A stretch of DNA of 51,896 bases, counting the filler, from Jimgerdemannia flammicorona (taxonomy: Eukaryota): the NCBI GenBank assembly GCA_003990765.1. It is 2 parts of 2 records of this genome, joined end to end, with 100 filler letters (N's around TTAATTAATTAA, not from the genome) between each part and the next. Parts side by side here need not be neighbours in the genome. Positions count along the whole stretch, not along the records: positions 26,004 to 51,896 come from RBNJ01000779.1; 1 more part is not named here. The stretch is one strand, 5' to 3'. A program made the position numbers and the translations under genes. Positions 35,621-48,900 of the stretch are shown here, piece by piece (position 1 is the stretch's first letter; each line of letters opens with the position of its first letter). Below the pieces are notes generated by a model. It was given only the letters and a program-made list of their open reading frames with translations. It was not told the DNA's origin and searched no databases.

Positions 35621-36799
35621 GTTATCATACATTGTACAGATTCTTCTGAGTCAGGTTATCATATATTATACAGATTCTTTCTAAAAATAATTGCACAGCT
35701 CCTGAGATCTGTACTCATGTATATATTCTAACTAACAAATATACCTTTATATATAGAGACCAAATTCTTGATTCTCTGATACTCAGTATGAAAGCAGGAC
35801 CTCTGTGAATGGCTGAGCATATATATGAATTTTCAAATACATTAATGACCAGTAGACTCCAAAAAACAACCTTGGTAAAAACAGTGATCTACTATTGCAA
35901 AGACCCAATTATTGCAAAGACCCAACTACTGCCAAGATATAGCTATTTCAAAGACATAGTTACAGAACAGAGAACTTACAGAGTGGCAGAGAAATGGTCC
36001 TATAATCTTGTTAACAGAAGTTATACTATTACTAGAAGGATGGAGTTTTTCAATAGTTTTATAGAAAGAGAAGTCTTAGGAGGATCTCAGAGGTAATGAG
36101 AGGGAAGGAGTGAAAGGAGTTAGAAAGAAACATGGCAAAGTGGCAAAGTGGCAATGTAGTGTAAAACCAATCATATAATTAATTGATTTATCCCAAATGG
36201 TTGATGCTATTTCTGGTTCTGCCACTTATAATGCCATTTTGTCATCTATTGGAAAAAATAGTATAAACTGCCTACAATTTATCTAATATAATATTATTTA
36301 ACATTTTATGTCCAGGTCTCTGCTCACTCATATTGACCCCTCCTCTTCTTTACCTTTCTCAATTCAGCCAATCCCTCTCTCTCCTCAGACAATTTCTCTC
36401 TCTATTCAGGCAATCTCTCACTTTGGGTGATCTCTCTCTCTCTGGGCAATCCCTCTCTCTTGCTTCAGATAATCCTACCCTCTCTAATTTTCCCATTCTT
36501 CTATTTTCTCTCTCTCTTTAACACTTGGTATATTGGAGTTAGTTTAGGCTTATGCTTACTCTTATAAGCAATTTGAACAACTTTGCCTGATTGGTACACA
36601 AAAGAGATTAGAGTATTTGTATTCAAGAATATATTGGTTGTCTGATAGCTTTATTTGACCAGATATCTACTCTCTCACATTAACCTCTCTTATCTTTCTC
36701 AATTTGAACAATCTCTCTCCCTCTTCTACTCTCAAACTCATCCATCTCAGCCTTCTACCTCTTCACTCCTCTTGTTAGATCAATATTTGGCATACCTCT

Positions 36800-39290
36800 T
36801 ACTTGGAAGTTAGATCATAGAGAGCTCACCTACCAATATTCTGAGGGTTTGTGAATATTTATATTTCAAGATAGATTGATATAACATCATTGATTTTTTC
36901 AGCATATCAGTTCTCTCATTACATTCTAGCTGATATATAACATGAATATGACTCACTATTACTTAGTACTGATTCTGAGACTACTAGAGTAACTAGTCTA
37001 CCTTCTGATATTGCCACTATTATTTCTGGAGCTCTTAAGGAATCTGAAGATACTGGAATGGATACTGAGATAGAGACTGAGATAGATCCTGAGATAGACA
37101 GAAATATTTCAATCAGCCAGTCTTCTGAAAGAATACTAGTATATTTTAGTAATAACTTTAAGTCTGAATCTGGACCATAATTTGATGAAGAGAAGGGTAA
37201 TATTGATAGTAATCAGAGTGATAACTCAGCTGAAAACTATAACAATCTTATGCAACTTCCTGAGATACTTCAGTTTGGTGATACTCTTTCTCACACAAAT
37301 ACTAAATATATATATAATGTTCAAGAAGAAGACTCTATAGCATTTGAATTCAGAAACAAAATTACCAACTCTATGATAATCTATATTATTCTTGGGCTAG
37401 TAAGAATGAACTTTGGCAATCAAATTTCTTATTCTTCAAAGCAAAAATATCACTTGGAGTAGCTGATGAATTTGTGGATACTCTCAGAAAACATCACATA
37501 ACTATGGAAGGTCCAGATGTTTTGAACTCAAGACAGATATTAGCAAAAGCAGATAAAGCAACTTATATATCAGTAAGTAATATATTTTTATTTGAATATT
37601 GTATATTTTATTGGTAAATTATAAATTTTTTAATTAATTAATATATTAATAATTATTTTTATAGCAATTCTTCAACAAAAAGATTACACTTTATCAAAAT
37701 CATGAAACATAGGCTAGAGAGTATATTCTTTATTACAGAAGTCCTCTGGAGATTATTCAGACTCTCTTGTACAATCTTCTTTTTAAAGATGATATAATTT
37801 ATATATCTAAAAAGAGATTTGTTCAAATAGTCAACATTTATATTCTGAAATATATTGGAGTAATTATTGGTGGAAAACTCAGGTAAGTGAATAAAATATT
37901 GAAAAAAAAACACTTTATATTATATTCATAATATATATTTTTTTCAATTCAATAGAATACTTTATCAATAGGTACTACTCTTGTTCCAATTCTCTTAGGA
38001 ATTGATGAAACAAATGTCAATAATATTAGGCAAATATCAGTCCATCCTTTATATCTCACTATTGGCAATCTATCCAAGAAGATTTGACATACATACTATC
38101 AGCATACCTATTTTCTAGTTACATACTTTCTAATACTAAATACTACTTGAACAGAAAGATATTGAACAGCATTTACAGAGACTAAGGGATTTCTTTATGA
38201 TCAATATATAAAGACAATTCTCTCAGAACTAAATGATGCTTCTCTAAGATATTTATATTTATATTTAAATATTAAGTTTTTGATTATTATAATTAATTAT
38301 ATATTATAAAAATACTTCTTATATTAATTATAGAGGAAGATTTTGGAAATGTTCAGATGGACAAATAAGACACTGTTTTCCAGTTGTCTTTGGATTTCAA
38401 GTTGATTATCCAGAATCCCAGATACTTATCTTAATAAGACAGAACAATACATATCTAATATATATGGCTGGAAAATTAGATTTCAGCAATCTCTCAAAAA
38501 GACATCAGATGAGAACACCAGAGCATGTAGTATAACTATATAAAGAAACAAAGAATCTATATGAAACTAGAGCAATTGCAGATACAAATAAGTTTCAGCA
38601 ATATAATCAAATTTACTTGGAGGTAATTTAATTTTATTATCTGATTATATAATTTTAATAATTATAAAAATTAAAAAAACAAAAAAACTAATTATATAAA
38701 TATATTTATATAATTATATATTTAGAACATTCTATGGGATCTTCTAAGAACCAACATCCATACAACTATAATGTCTGATCTACTTTACCAAATTAAGCAG
38801 AGTGTTTGGAAGTATTTGATTAAATAGCTTCAAATACTTCAACAGTATTATTATTCAGCAAGAGATACAAATCTGTATCTTGATGAATTAAATAAGCAGA
38901 TTGCTCTGGTTCCTCACTTTTCAGACATAAAGAACTTTTCTAATAGAATTTAAAATTTACATCAAATAACTACTAGAGAATATGAAGATATTATAAAGGT
39001 ATATATTTTAATATATATATTAAATTTAATATATTTTATAATATACAATTATTAATATATAATTATCTATTCTATTTTAATAGATATTTCTTCCCTATGC
39101 CTGTGGTGTTTTCACAGATGAGGAGACCTTGAGGGTAATGACAGCCATTCAAACCTTTGTTAATTAGTATATATATAATTATATCATTATCAGTATAGAG
39201 TAAGTATACTCTAAAGTATGCAGAGGAGCTTCTGAAAGGGTTTGATGAGCTGAAAGAGGAATTTTATAAGATAGGATATTCTCTAAATAT
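36800..39290 (+). pseudogene. Decayed Plavaka-type DNA transposase with introns, 3' part cut by a LINE
   Basis: TTLVPILLGIDET...VHPLYLTIGNLSK (~37975-38080), CSDGQIRHCFPVVFGFQVDYPE (~38350-38415), NIHTTIMSDLLYQIKQSVWKYL (~38750-38820), VPHFSDIKNFS (~38910-38945). Start approximate. Confidence 0.8.
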
Positions 39291-40185
39291 CATTCACTAT
39301 AGTACTATAATCAACATATCAGAGACTTTGAAAAACAAGATTCTCTCCAATATTCACATCATACAAACTTCAAAACATACTTTGAATCATTTGTTGGAGA
39401 AAGCTACTAAGGATATGATAACCAACAAGTGATCTGACAAATGTACTGAGTCAAGTGGACCTGGGGTCTTCAACTAGCAATATGTTGGAAGAGGGTATGG
39501 ATTGGAGATGGGGTCTTCCAGTGACCTAAGTGGGCAAGACAGTTCAGGCAGTAGTGCTGGTACTAGCAGTGGAGTAGGAGGGCAGGGAGAGTGAAGTTTT
39601 GCAAATATACTGAAGGCTGGGGGATGGCCTGCTAGATCTCATGATGGTCAGATAGGGGAGAAGAGAAAGTAGAGTGAAGTGAAGGCAGAGAGTTCAGCTT
39701 CTTGAGTGATGGATAGAAGGGCTGGTGGTGAAGTTGCTGGGAGTTGAGGGGGGACTGCTGATGGGGGTATGACTGTGGATCAGAAAAAAAATCCAGATGT
39801 GATGGTTGATGAAGAGGCCAGACTATCAGGATGAAAGCAGATAAGGGACCTGGCTGACAGTGTAATGGGGCTGGTGGTAGCACCATTACTCAAGAAGTCT
39901 ATATCAGAGTTTGCTATAACCTTGTGCTTCTGGGACTTGATAGTGATGGTGAGGATAGTTTTGGAGCTTATCTCTAAGCAGGTGGCTGGAGCTGCCTCAG
40001 TGAGATTTCTGAAGGGGCTGGAGGGAGTTGAGGTGGGATTTGAGAAGGTGGGCCCACTGGAGAAAGCAATGAAGACAGGAGTGGCTGTAGGGAAGGTAGT
40101 TGTCCCTATGGTGCATTGCTTAAGGTAGGACTCCAGAGTGGTTCAGCTTTTGGTGAAGGAGGTATCTAGAGTGACAATGGCTGAG
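39291..40185 (+). mobile_element. Older 5' fragment (ORF1) of a related LINE
   Basis: MGLVVAPLLKKSISEFAITLCFWDL...VGKVVVPM is homologous to ORF1 at 40679-40980 and 32217-32516. Confidence 0.78.
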
Positions 40186-43100
40186 CATCTTTCATGGATA
40201 CCATTCAGGTGACACAAGACTCAGATAACACTTTTTACTATGTTTTTGGTGTCCGATGACTATTGACATAGATGGCAATGATCGAATTGGTGAGCATACT
40301 GACCAGGGGAGAGACAGTACCTTTGGCTGGCAGCAGGTGGAAAGGAGGGGAGATGGTTTGGGGATACTGGGGGCCTCGATGGCTAGCCAAGGTCCTGGTG
40401 GTGGAGAGAGGGGTGGTCTGAGGCAGAGAGGAGGGGAGAGGTTGACCTTTGCTGACAAGGTCAGAATAGGGAAGATGGCCTCAGGTCTAGATGGTTGGCT
40501 GGGCCTAGGGAAGGCATCAACAGCTGCTGCTGGGGGACTGGGAGGTGTACCCAGAGGAGTTGCTGAGAGTGGGGGAGGAGTGGGAGTAGGGGCTGGAGAT
40601 GTGACTGATGATGGGACTGTGACTGGAGATCTGGCAAAAAATCCAAATATGATGGTGGTTGATAATTCAGAATGAGGAGTGGGCACGAGGCCCGGGGACC
40701 TGGCAGATGGGGTTATGGGCATGGTGTCGGCCCCATTACACAAGAAGTTGAGGTTGGAATTCGCAGTCATAATGTGCTCCTGGGGCTTGGCAGTGATGGT
40801 GAGGATGATGTTGGGGCTGGTGGTGCAGGAGGCAAAGGGAGCAGCATCGGTGAAGTTTTTGAAGTAGAAGAAAGGGGTTGAGGTGGGGTTCGAGGAGGAA
40901 GATGCTTTGCTGGTGGCCTTGGAGAAGGGGGTGACAGTTGGCAGAGTTGTCATCTCTATGGCCAGGTGCATGCACTGGGACCCCCGAGTGGTGCAGTTGA
41001 CAGTGTTAGATCTCCCTATGGTGTTGAAGGAGAGGACCAGGGAGTTGGTTGTGGAGGCAATCAGAGAGTATGGAGAGATTGTGGATGTTGGGTTCAAGGT
41101 CTGGGAGGGTACAGAGCTTTGGACTAGTGACATCAATGTCAGGGGAGGCTGGCTGGGAGGGAGAGTATGGGGAAGTCAAGGGACTGGCCAGTGATGCTGA
41201 GGTGGAGACTAGTGGAGTGCAAGATCATGAGAGTGAAGGAGACCCAGGAGGAGGAGGAAGACCTGTTGGAGGTTCTGGAGGATCTGGAAGGGGTGGTCAC
41301 AAGGAGGAGATTGGCATGGAAGGAGTTTGAGGCCAGGATGGTGGTGGGGGAGATGGATGGAAAGAGGGTCCAAATGGGGAAGGGGGTCTGAGAGAAGTTG
41401 CAGGGAAGGAAAATCCAGAAGGAGCTACTGGCAAGGTTGGGTGGGGGTAGGGCCAGTAGAAGCTCAGAGGAGAGGGGTGTAGGATTGCAGGAGAGTGCCT
41501 GGGCTGAGGGGGGTGAAAGGGCCCAGAGTTGGGCTTAGCTGGGAGTAGAGGTGGAGTGGGTAGGCAATATGGAGGCAGATGTGGATATGAGCAAAGGTGT
41601 GTGCCCCCAGTATAGTATCCCAGGTGGAGCTAAGGGAGAGGAGGAGCTGCTAGATGTGCCAGATGAGGAATGGGATGAGTCGGTGCAGAGGAACGCACTG
41701 GTGGACCCTGAGGTGGATGGGGGACAAATTGCTCAGGGTGCAGCAGAGGTGGAAGATGAGGAGAAGTGGATGTGGAAGACCCTGAAAGGGGTAGTGGCTG
41801 AAGAGCTGGGGGGTGAGGATTTCAGGGTAATGGAAGAAAGGCATTGAGAGGAGATCTTATGGGGGGAGGAGGTGCTGAGGAAGATGAGGAACGAGATCCT
41901 GGCTGTTCTCCTGGAGTCAGTTGAATATCAAATCAATGATCAGAGAGAGGAGAAACTTAGGAGGATTGTGAGCGACAGGGCACTATTCTTGTGGAACTTG
42001 AGGGAGGAACTGGAGAAGTGGTGCACAGTCTGCTTGGACTGTCGGTCAGATATGGAGGTAGTGGATGAGGTGGAATGTCAGGAAATCTTGGAGGCACTGG
42101 ATGCTCAGGCTAATGTGGAGGGTGACTTGGAAGCTGAATGGCACTTGGATTTGACTGGAGATGAGATGAGCATGGAATTCTAGAATGGGATCTCTATTGC
42201 AATATTTTTTCAATATGAACAGTACAACTAGGATATTCTCATTGAACATTAATGGGTTATGGGGGGTGGCTAGGAGGAAGTATATATTTGGATGGCTTAA
42301 GGGACTGGATGCAGACCTCTTCTTGTTACAGGATGTTCATTATGAGACAGATGTGAACTTACAGGATTAGACTAAGGAATGGGGGGGTGCAGTAGTATGG
42401 AGGTGGAGAGTGTGTATTCTCATTTGGAAAGGGATGGGAGATATTGAGGACATTGGACATTGGGGGTCTCGGGTGGTGTGGGGAGTGTAGAAGAGGCCTG
42501 GATGGGGCTTGTTGATGGTTGGGTCTTGCTACTGCCCAGCTGAGAGAGGGGAGAGGGTGGATTGGATTTGTAGATTGAAAGAGGCTAGTGTATTGAGAGA
42601 AGTTGGGCTGGACTGTATGGGGGGTGACTTCAACATGGTATAGGATAAGGAGATAGATAGAACTGATGGAGAGAGAGGCATGTGGGGTGAAAGTGGTGGG
42701 TTGGGTGACTGGTTGGAGACAGAGAGGTTGAGTTCTTTAGTGGACTCAAGAAGACATTTTTGGGCCAATCAGCAGGTGTACACCCACTGGGCAGCAGGGC
42801 TGGGCTCTAGGATTGACTGGGTTTTGACAGCAGAGTGTTGGGGAGCAGATGTCTGGTCAGCGCTGGAAGTAGTTTGGTGTCTGTGGTCTGATCACTGGGA
42901 GCTGCTTGGAGGGGGGAGGTTTGGGGGAAATGAGGATGGGCCTGGACATTGGCAGCTAAATTCTTCCTTGTTGGAGGATAGGGGGTTGTGGGAGGGTTGG
43001 GAAACAGAGGTGGTTGGAAATATCGGTAGGTGGCGGGAACAAGGCCTTGAGATTGGGGACCGCTGGAGAAGGCTGAAGGCAAATGCTCAGGGGTATTAGA

Positions 43101-45941
43101 GGGAAGCTGGGAAAGGAAAGTGTGCCCAGCAAAGGCAGAGGGTGCTGTGGGCCTCACGGCGTCTGGCAGCACTCATAGAGAGATGGGCAGGTGTGCTGGA
43201 AGATGGGGATGTGACTGATTGGCATATTGTGAGAATCTGGCAGGAGGTGGAGAAGCTTAAAGGAGTGTTATGAAGGGAGGAGGAGGTGAAGTTGCAGGGA
43301 ATAGTGGCCCAACTGTGGTGGCAGGGGCTTGAGGAGGGGGAGAGGCCTACTAGGTTTTTGTCACAGATTGTTACAGGCACAATGAATGAAGAAGTGGTGG
43401 GAAGGAGTTCTGGATGTGAATGGCGAGCTAGTGGTGGAGACTCCGACTATTCTGGGCCTATTGAGAGCCAGATAGGGGAATCTATGGAGTGAGGAGGAAG
43501 GAGGAATGGATGCTCTGGATGTTGAAAGGCAGCTGGGGGATTGGTACCTGGACTCTGTGATGGGTCTTGGGGCATTGGGGGACCCAGTGAGTAGCAAGGA
43601 AATTCGCAGGGTTGTGGCCTCGACAAGTAAGGGGACAGCCCCAGGAGAGGATGGACTTCCCTGGGATTTTTGGCAGAAGATGGCTAGAGTGGGTGAGGTG
43701 CTAGAGGAAATGACTGCTATGTGTGATGGAGTTCTTTGGTCTGGTGCTTGGATTGGGGGACAGTGCTTAGGGCTAGTCTCCTTGCTCTACAAGAATAAGG
43801 GAAGGCGAGAGGACTGGAAGAACTGGCAGCCAATCATGCTTCTCGACATAGACCGAAAACTGGTGACAAAGATCTTGGTGATGAGGCTACAAGGAATCGC
43901 TCAGCAGGTGCTTGGTGTGGAGCAGCATGGGTTTGTTGGTGGCCAGTTGATTCAAGATGGAACAGATTGGGTATATGGAGTGATTGAAGGTGCCCAGATG
44001 ACAGGGGTGGATGGCAGATTGGTGTTTCTGGACCAAGAGAAGGCTTATGATAGAGTGTGGAGGATATGGCTGGAAGGAGTACTGAGACGGATTGGTATCC
44101 CCCCAGGGTTTCAAGGTTCATTGATCAGCCTCTAAGAGGACAGTCAGGCGGAATTGGTCATTAATGGCCACAGGGGGGTGACCTTTCCTCTGGGATATGG
44201 GGTACTGCAAGGGGACTCCTTGTCACCCATATTGTATGCCCTTTCCCTGGAGCCTCTACTGGACAGAATTCGGCATCAGATTGGGGGTTTGGATATTTTA
44301 GGGATTAATTGGAAGGTGGGGGCCTTTGCTGATAATATGGTGGTTGGGCTGGGCTCCTTGGTGGATGTGGGGGAGTTACAGAGGTCTGTGGAATGGTATG
44401 AGAGGGGTTCTGGTGCTAAACTAAACTGGCACAAATGCAAAACTCTGGTGCTGGATACTGGAAATGTTGGTGGCAATATCATTGGGACAGTGGTACTGGC
44501 TGGGGAACCAGTGCATTATTTGGGGATCTACTTCTCAGTGTTCAGATCTCTTCTTCCCTGGGCATGGTGGGACCGAAAACTTCTGAAGTGGGGAAATGTT
44601 CTGCTGTGATTGGGAGGTCGGCATATGTCACTAGCTAGAAGGGTGATGGTGCTGAATGTGTATTGGATGCTGAAGCTGTGGTATGTGGGATATCATTTGG
44701 ATTTCCCAACCTGGGTGGTCAAGGGGCTGTTGAAGATGGTAAGGTCATGGATCTGGAGAGTGTGGTGGAGCCAGGTGGATTGGGAGATGCTTACACTGCT
44801 CTTGGAAAGAGGTGGGCTGGGCTTAGTGGACTTTACTAAGCACTTCAATGTTTGAGAGCTTGGTGGTTGAAAAGGGTGAGTGAGCTTTAGGGTCGGGAGT
44901 GGGTGCCACTTATGCAGAGGTTGTGGGAGGTTCGGTACTCCCCACATGGTGGCTCGGGTGACCTGCTTGCAATGGTGGCCATGGATGGAAGCAGGAGGAT
45001 GCAGTTTATGGGCTTCTGGTGGAGGGTGGTGGATAGCACTAAGAAAATTGAACTTTGGTGGCGAGGTGATGAAGCTGAGGAGGATTGGAGACCACAGATG
45101 TGGCGGTGGGACAGGCTTCTACTGGGTGGTGTTCTGGTGGAGAACTTTCAGCTTGGCGAGGATTTGGAGTATCTGCGAGGCCTAGGTAGAGACCTGTGGC
45201 CCAAAGCCTGACAGAGGGTTGGAATTGGTGAGGAGTGGGATTGGAATGGACTCTGGCTTTGGAGCAAAAGGGTGAGGCAGTGGCTACCCCCCAAGTTCTG
45301 GGTGGTGTAGTTGCATGTCCTATGGTGGAATGTGATGTTGAACTATCGGTCTGGGCACTTGGTGGTCAGTGGAGTGTTCAAGTACAAGAATTGTTTTGGC
45401 ATTGGTCAGGAGAGAGGCATGGTACAAATGCCTGAACAATGGCTTGGCAAGTGCAAAGTTTTGGAGGAGTTTTGGAGATGTATTATGGACTGGGTAGGGC
45501 TGGGTGCCTTGGAGGGAGAGGAAGAGGGGAGATGGGGAGAGCTCTGCTGGCAACTGGTGGGTGGGGTTGGGGATGAATAGCTGACCCTTGGTTGGGCTTT
45601 GGCCATGTGGGTTGGGTTAGCTGGACATTGGGTTCATGTCTTTGAGGAGGGGTGGTGGGTTGGGGTTGGGGACAAGGTGGCATATTGGAAATAGTTGCTA
45701 TTGGACATTTTGAATAGCTGGTGGTGAGGTTGGGGGCTGGGTGGGGGGTCCCACAGAGGTTTGGTGCAATATATCTCCCAGAAGAGTGGTGGGAGGATTC
45801 AGGTAGTGGGTAACTGGGAGGTGCTCAGGCAAGGGGAGGTTGAGGGAGGAGGGTTGGTTCCATGGGGTATTAGTTGAGGGTGGGGGTGACATTGTATTGT
45901 TAGAATTATAGATGTTGGTAATAAAGGGCAGTTCAAGGGAC

Positions 45942-45991
<50 letters not shown>
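40186..45991 (+). mobile_element. Full-length L1/Tx1-like LINE (ORF1 40256-42183, ORF2 from ~42215; disrupted) with poly(A) tail
   Basis: 5' end catctttca shared with the copy ending at 33013. APE IFSLNINGL / LLQD / GDFN / RID / SDH; RT APGEDG / DQEKAYDRV / QGDSLSP / FADN; AATAAA at 45920; A run 45945-45991. Confidence 0.93.
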
Positions 45992-45993
<2 letters not shown>

Positions 45994-46249
45994 AGATATG
46001 TTCAAAGAGTAGAGAGAGAGTTGTGATATCTGAGAGAGTGATTTTCTTTTATAGAGATAGGGTGGGGGAGATGAGTGAGCCCTATGTGAAATTGAGAAAG
46101 AAGAGGAGCTGATTTGTATTAATATTTATAGAATGGATGATAATAAATGAGAGAGTCTAAGTAACTATATATATAAAAAAAAAAGAGTTTATTTTCAAAT
46201 ATCTATTTATAAGAATCTGAAATGTTATAAATATATTAGTAAGACTAAA

Positions 46250-48309
46250 AACTAAGACCAAAAATTTTTGAAGTCTAAAAGAGATTTTAAAAGTTATCTT
46301 AGAGATATCTTCTGACTTAATTTGAATTTAGTAATATCTAGATATTGAGTTTAGCTTAGTAAAGTATTTGATATTTTTGAGAACATCAAAGATTTGATCA
46401 ATAAGTGATAGTAAATACTAGTTTTCAACTGTAAACTTATTGAGTACATAGTAGTCTACAAATATATTTATAAGATTCTATTCTTCTTATTAATTAAAAG
46501 AACTAGTGAGCTATAAGATAACTTGCTGAGATAAATAACTTCTCAGATAACTAGTTTTTCTAATTTTTTCTTAACTACTTCTATCTTAAGAGGTAATATA
46601 TAATACATATATATATTTCTTAAATAGTATAGCTTCTAAGGTCAGTTTGATTTTATAATATACTTCATATATAGGTGATAAATAAAACTAGAAAGATATT
46701 CTTAAATTCTTTTAATAGCAACTTGATGCTCTTATTAATTGACAGTTTCTTATCTTATTTCTTCAGTAATAAAGGATATATAGCTTTCTTGAGTATCTTC
46801 TTATATTATAGTATAGATAATATAATAACCTGAGTCTTGTTTATAAGCTTGTCTATTATGATACTGATATTGACTCTATTTGAAGTAAAGTAATTTCATT
46901 TATATACTAATTAATATTTAAGTTATATTTGAGCTATAGTTTTCTAAGATCAGATGATAATATTTTAGAGATATGACTTCAAAGTCAACTTATTCTCAGT
47001 ATTTCTAAATCTTGATAAATAGTTTAATAATAATTGATTATATACTATATATTAGTAATAACTACTCTATCATTTTAGGATACAGATTTTATAAAAATCT
47101 TGAGGTTTTTAATTAAGTTATAGTTGATAAGATATACTTTTAAAGTCTTTCTCATCTTACTTAGTTAAAGATAGTTTTTGAACTTCTATAATCTTGAGCG
47201 AACTTGCTTCTTCTATATAACCCAGTCTCCTTCTTTAACAGTATAGTCTTAATACTTCTAATTAATAGGTAAACTTAAACTTATCTATAGTAGTCTGGAT
47301 TAATAATACTAGTACTAATATCTAAGTAATAAATAATGTCAAGTTCTGAGCTAACTATATATATATAATTCTTATATAGTGGCCTTTTAGATATTGAACT
47401 ATATAATTCTAATAGATATTAGAACTTTTTTCAGACAGGAATAATAACTTATTTAACTAAATATAAGTAAAGGCTGACAGCTTTTTCTAATTAATATTAA
47501 GAGATCTGAGTCTTTAGATATATATAGCTTCTTAATTATGAATTTTGATTAACTAGAGGTAGGATTAACAGGTTTATCTTTAGATAATATAGTAATTAAT
47601 CTGATTTGTTAACTTATCTTTTTAGGATATTTAATTATAATATATCTATCTAATAGTAGAAAAAAACATACTTCTGACTTTTCCAGATATATCTTCTCTT
47701 TTGAAGTAAGCTTATTGTTTTTCTTATTCATAGAGTCTAAATCTATTAGAGCTGATTTTACTACTATAAGTTAATTATTATAATAGTTTTTGAAATAGTT
47801 CTTCTTATAGCATTTTAGTTTAAAGTAGTAACTATTGGTGATAATATCAAATCTATCAGCAATTCTTATAACTTCTTTAAGAGATCTTAGTTCTTTTTGT
47901 TCAATCTTGATATTCTCTTTTAATTCTTAGATAAAGCAGTCTATCTTTTTATCCTCTATTATGTTAGGTAGTTCTAAAAGAATTAATAGAAATTATATAT
48001 TATAGCTTTATATAGACTTGAGTTATTTAATATTTGCTAGCCTATCTCTAACTAGTTCAATAGTATTAGTAGACTTGAACTACTTTTACAAGACCTTCTT
48101 AAATATTTCCCAATCTTTAACTCTTGTTCTTTAGTGGGAAGAGATAGTCATAATATAATTATAGTATATTTTCTTAGAGAAGTATAGCAGAAAATTAAAC
48201 TTATATTCCTTCTTCTATTTTTATGAGCTAAAAGTATTGATATAATTAGAAGGCCTAAATATTAGTAGGTAATTCTCCTCAGTAACTATTAAAGATATCT
48301 GGCTTAAGC
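46250..48309 (-). mobile_element. Heavily decayed Gypsy gag-protease-RT fragment
   Basis: Minus strand reads LKPDIF (gag, ~48290-48309) and SYSSLVLLI..NRIL.IFVDYYVLNKFTVEN...LIDQIFD...KYFTKL (RT start, ~46340-46520). Confidence 0.72.
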
Positions 48310-48900
48310 TGTAAGAGAGTACTTCCTTAGAGTACCATTATATAGTTCTGAAAGAGTTTTCAGAAAGTTCTGAATATTCTAGAAGACCATTTTCTTAAGG
48401 TCAAGATCAATTTCATATATAGTTTATTCTCTACTCTTATTGATTTTAAGATTGGGTTAATGCCCCAACTTTGGACTTATTCTGGATTTTTAGGATTTTC
48501 TACATTTCAGGAAGTTCAAGAAACTTAGACCAGCATAGTTGAATTGGCATATTGCTGTAGATTATACTCAATTATGAAATTTCAGAATTTAGTTAGAGAT
48601 GAGATCTAATATAGTATAAGTTTACTTAAGAGTAGTAGTTTGTGGATTATTAAATAGGTTAACTCACTATTCATAATATTGCTTATTGGCTAATATTAGG
48701 AGTAGTCTGTGAAGGAATATTTGTATAAGAAAGTATTCTTAACTTATTTATTTATTCTTGTCCAATTTTCAGTCTAAGGGAGTAGTTATTTATACTAATA
48801 GGGGGCTATCTAAACTATACTAAATATAGATATAGCAGTTTAGTGATTTGATGAGTCAGAATACAGTTATATAGGCCAAGTGTAAACTAATATATCAAGA
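48310..48900 (-). repeat. LTR of family B (right boundary uncertain)
   Basis: Starts TGTAAGAG and matches 25526-25903; TATA-like and AATAAA motifs on the minus strand near 48745-48795. Confidence 0.6.
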
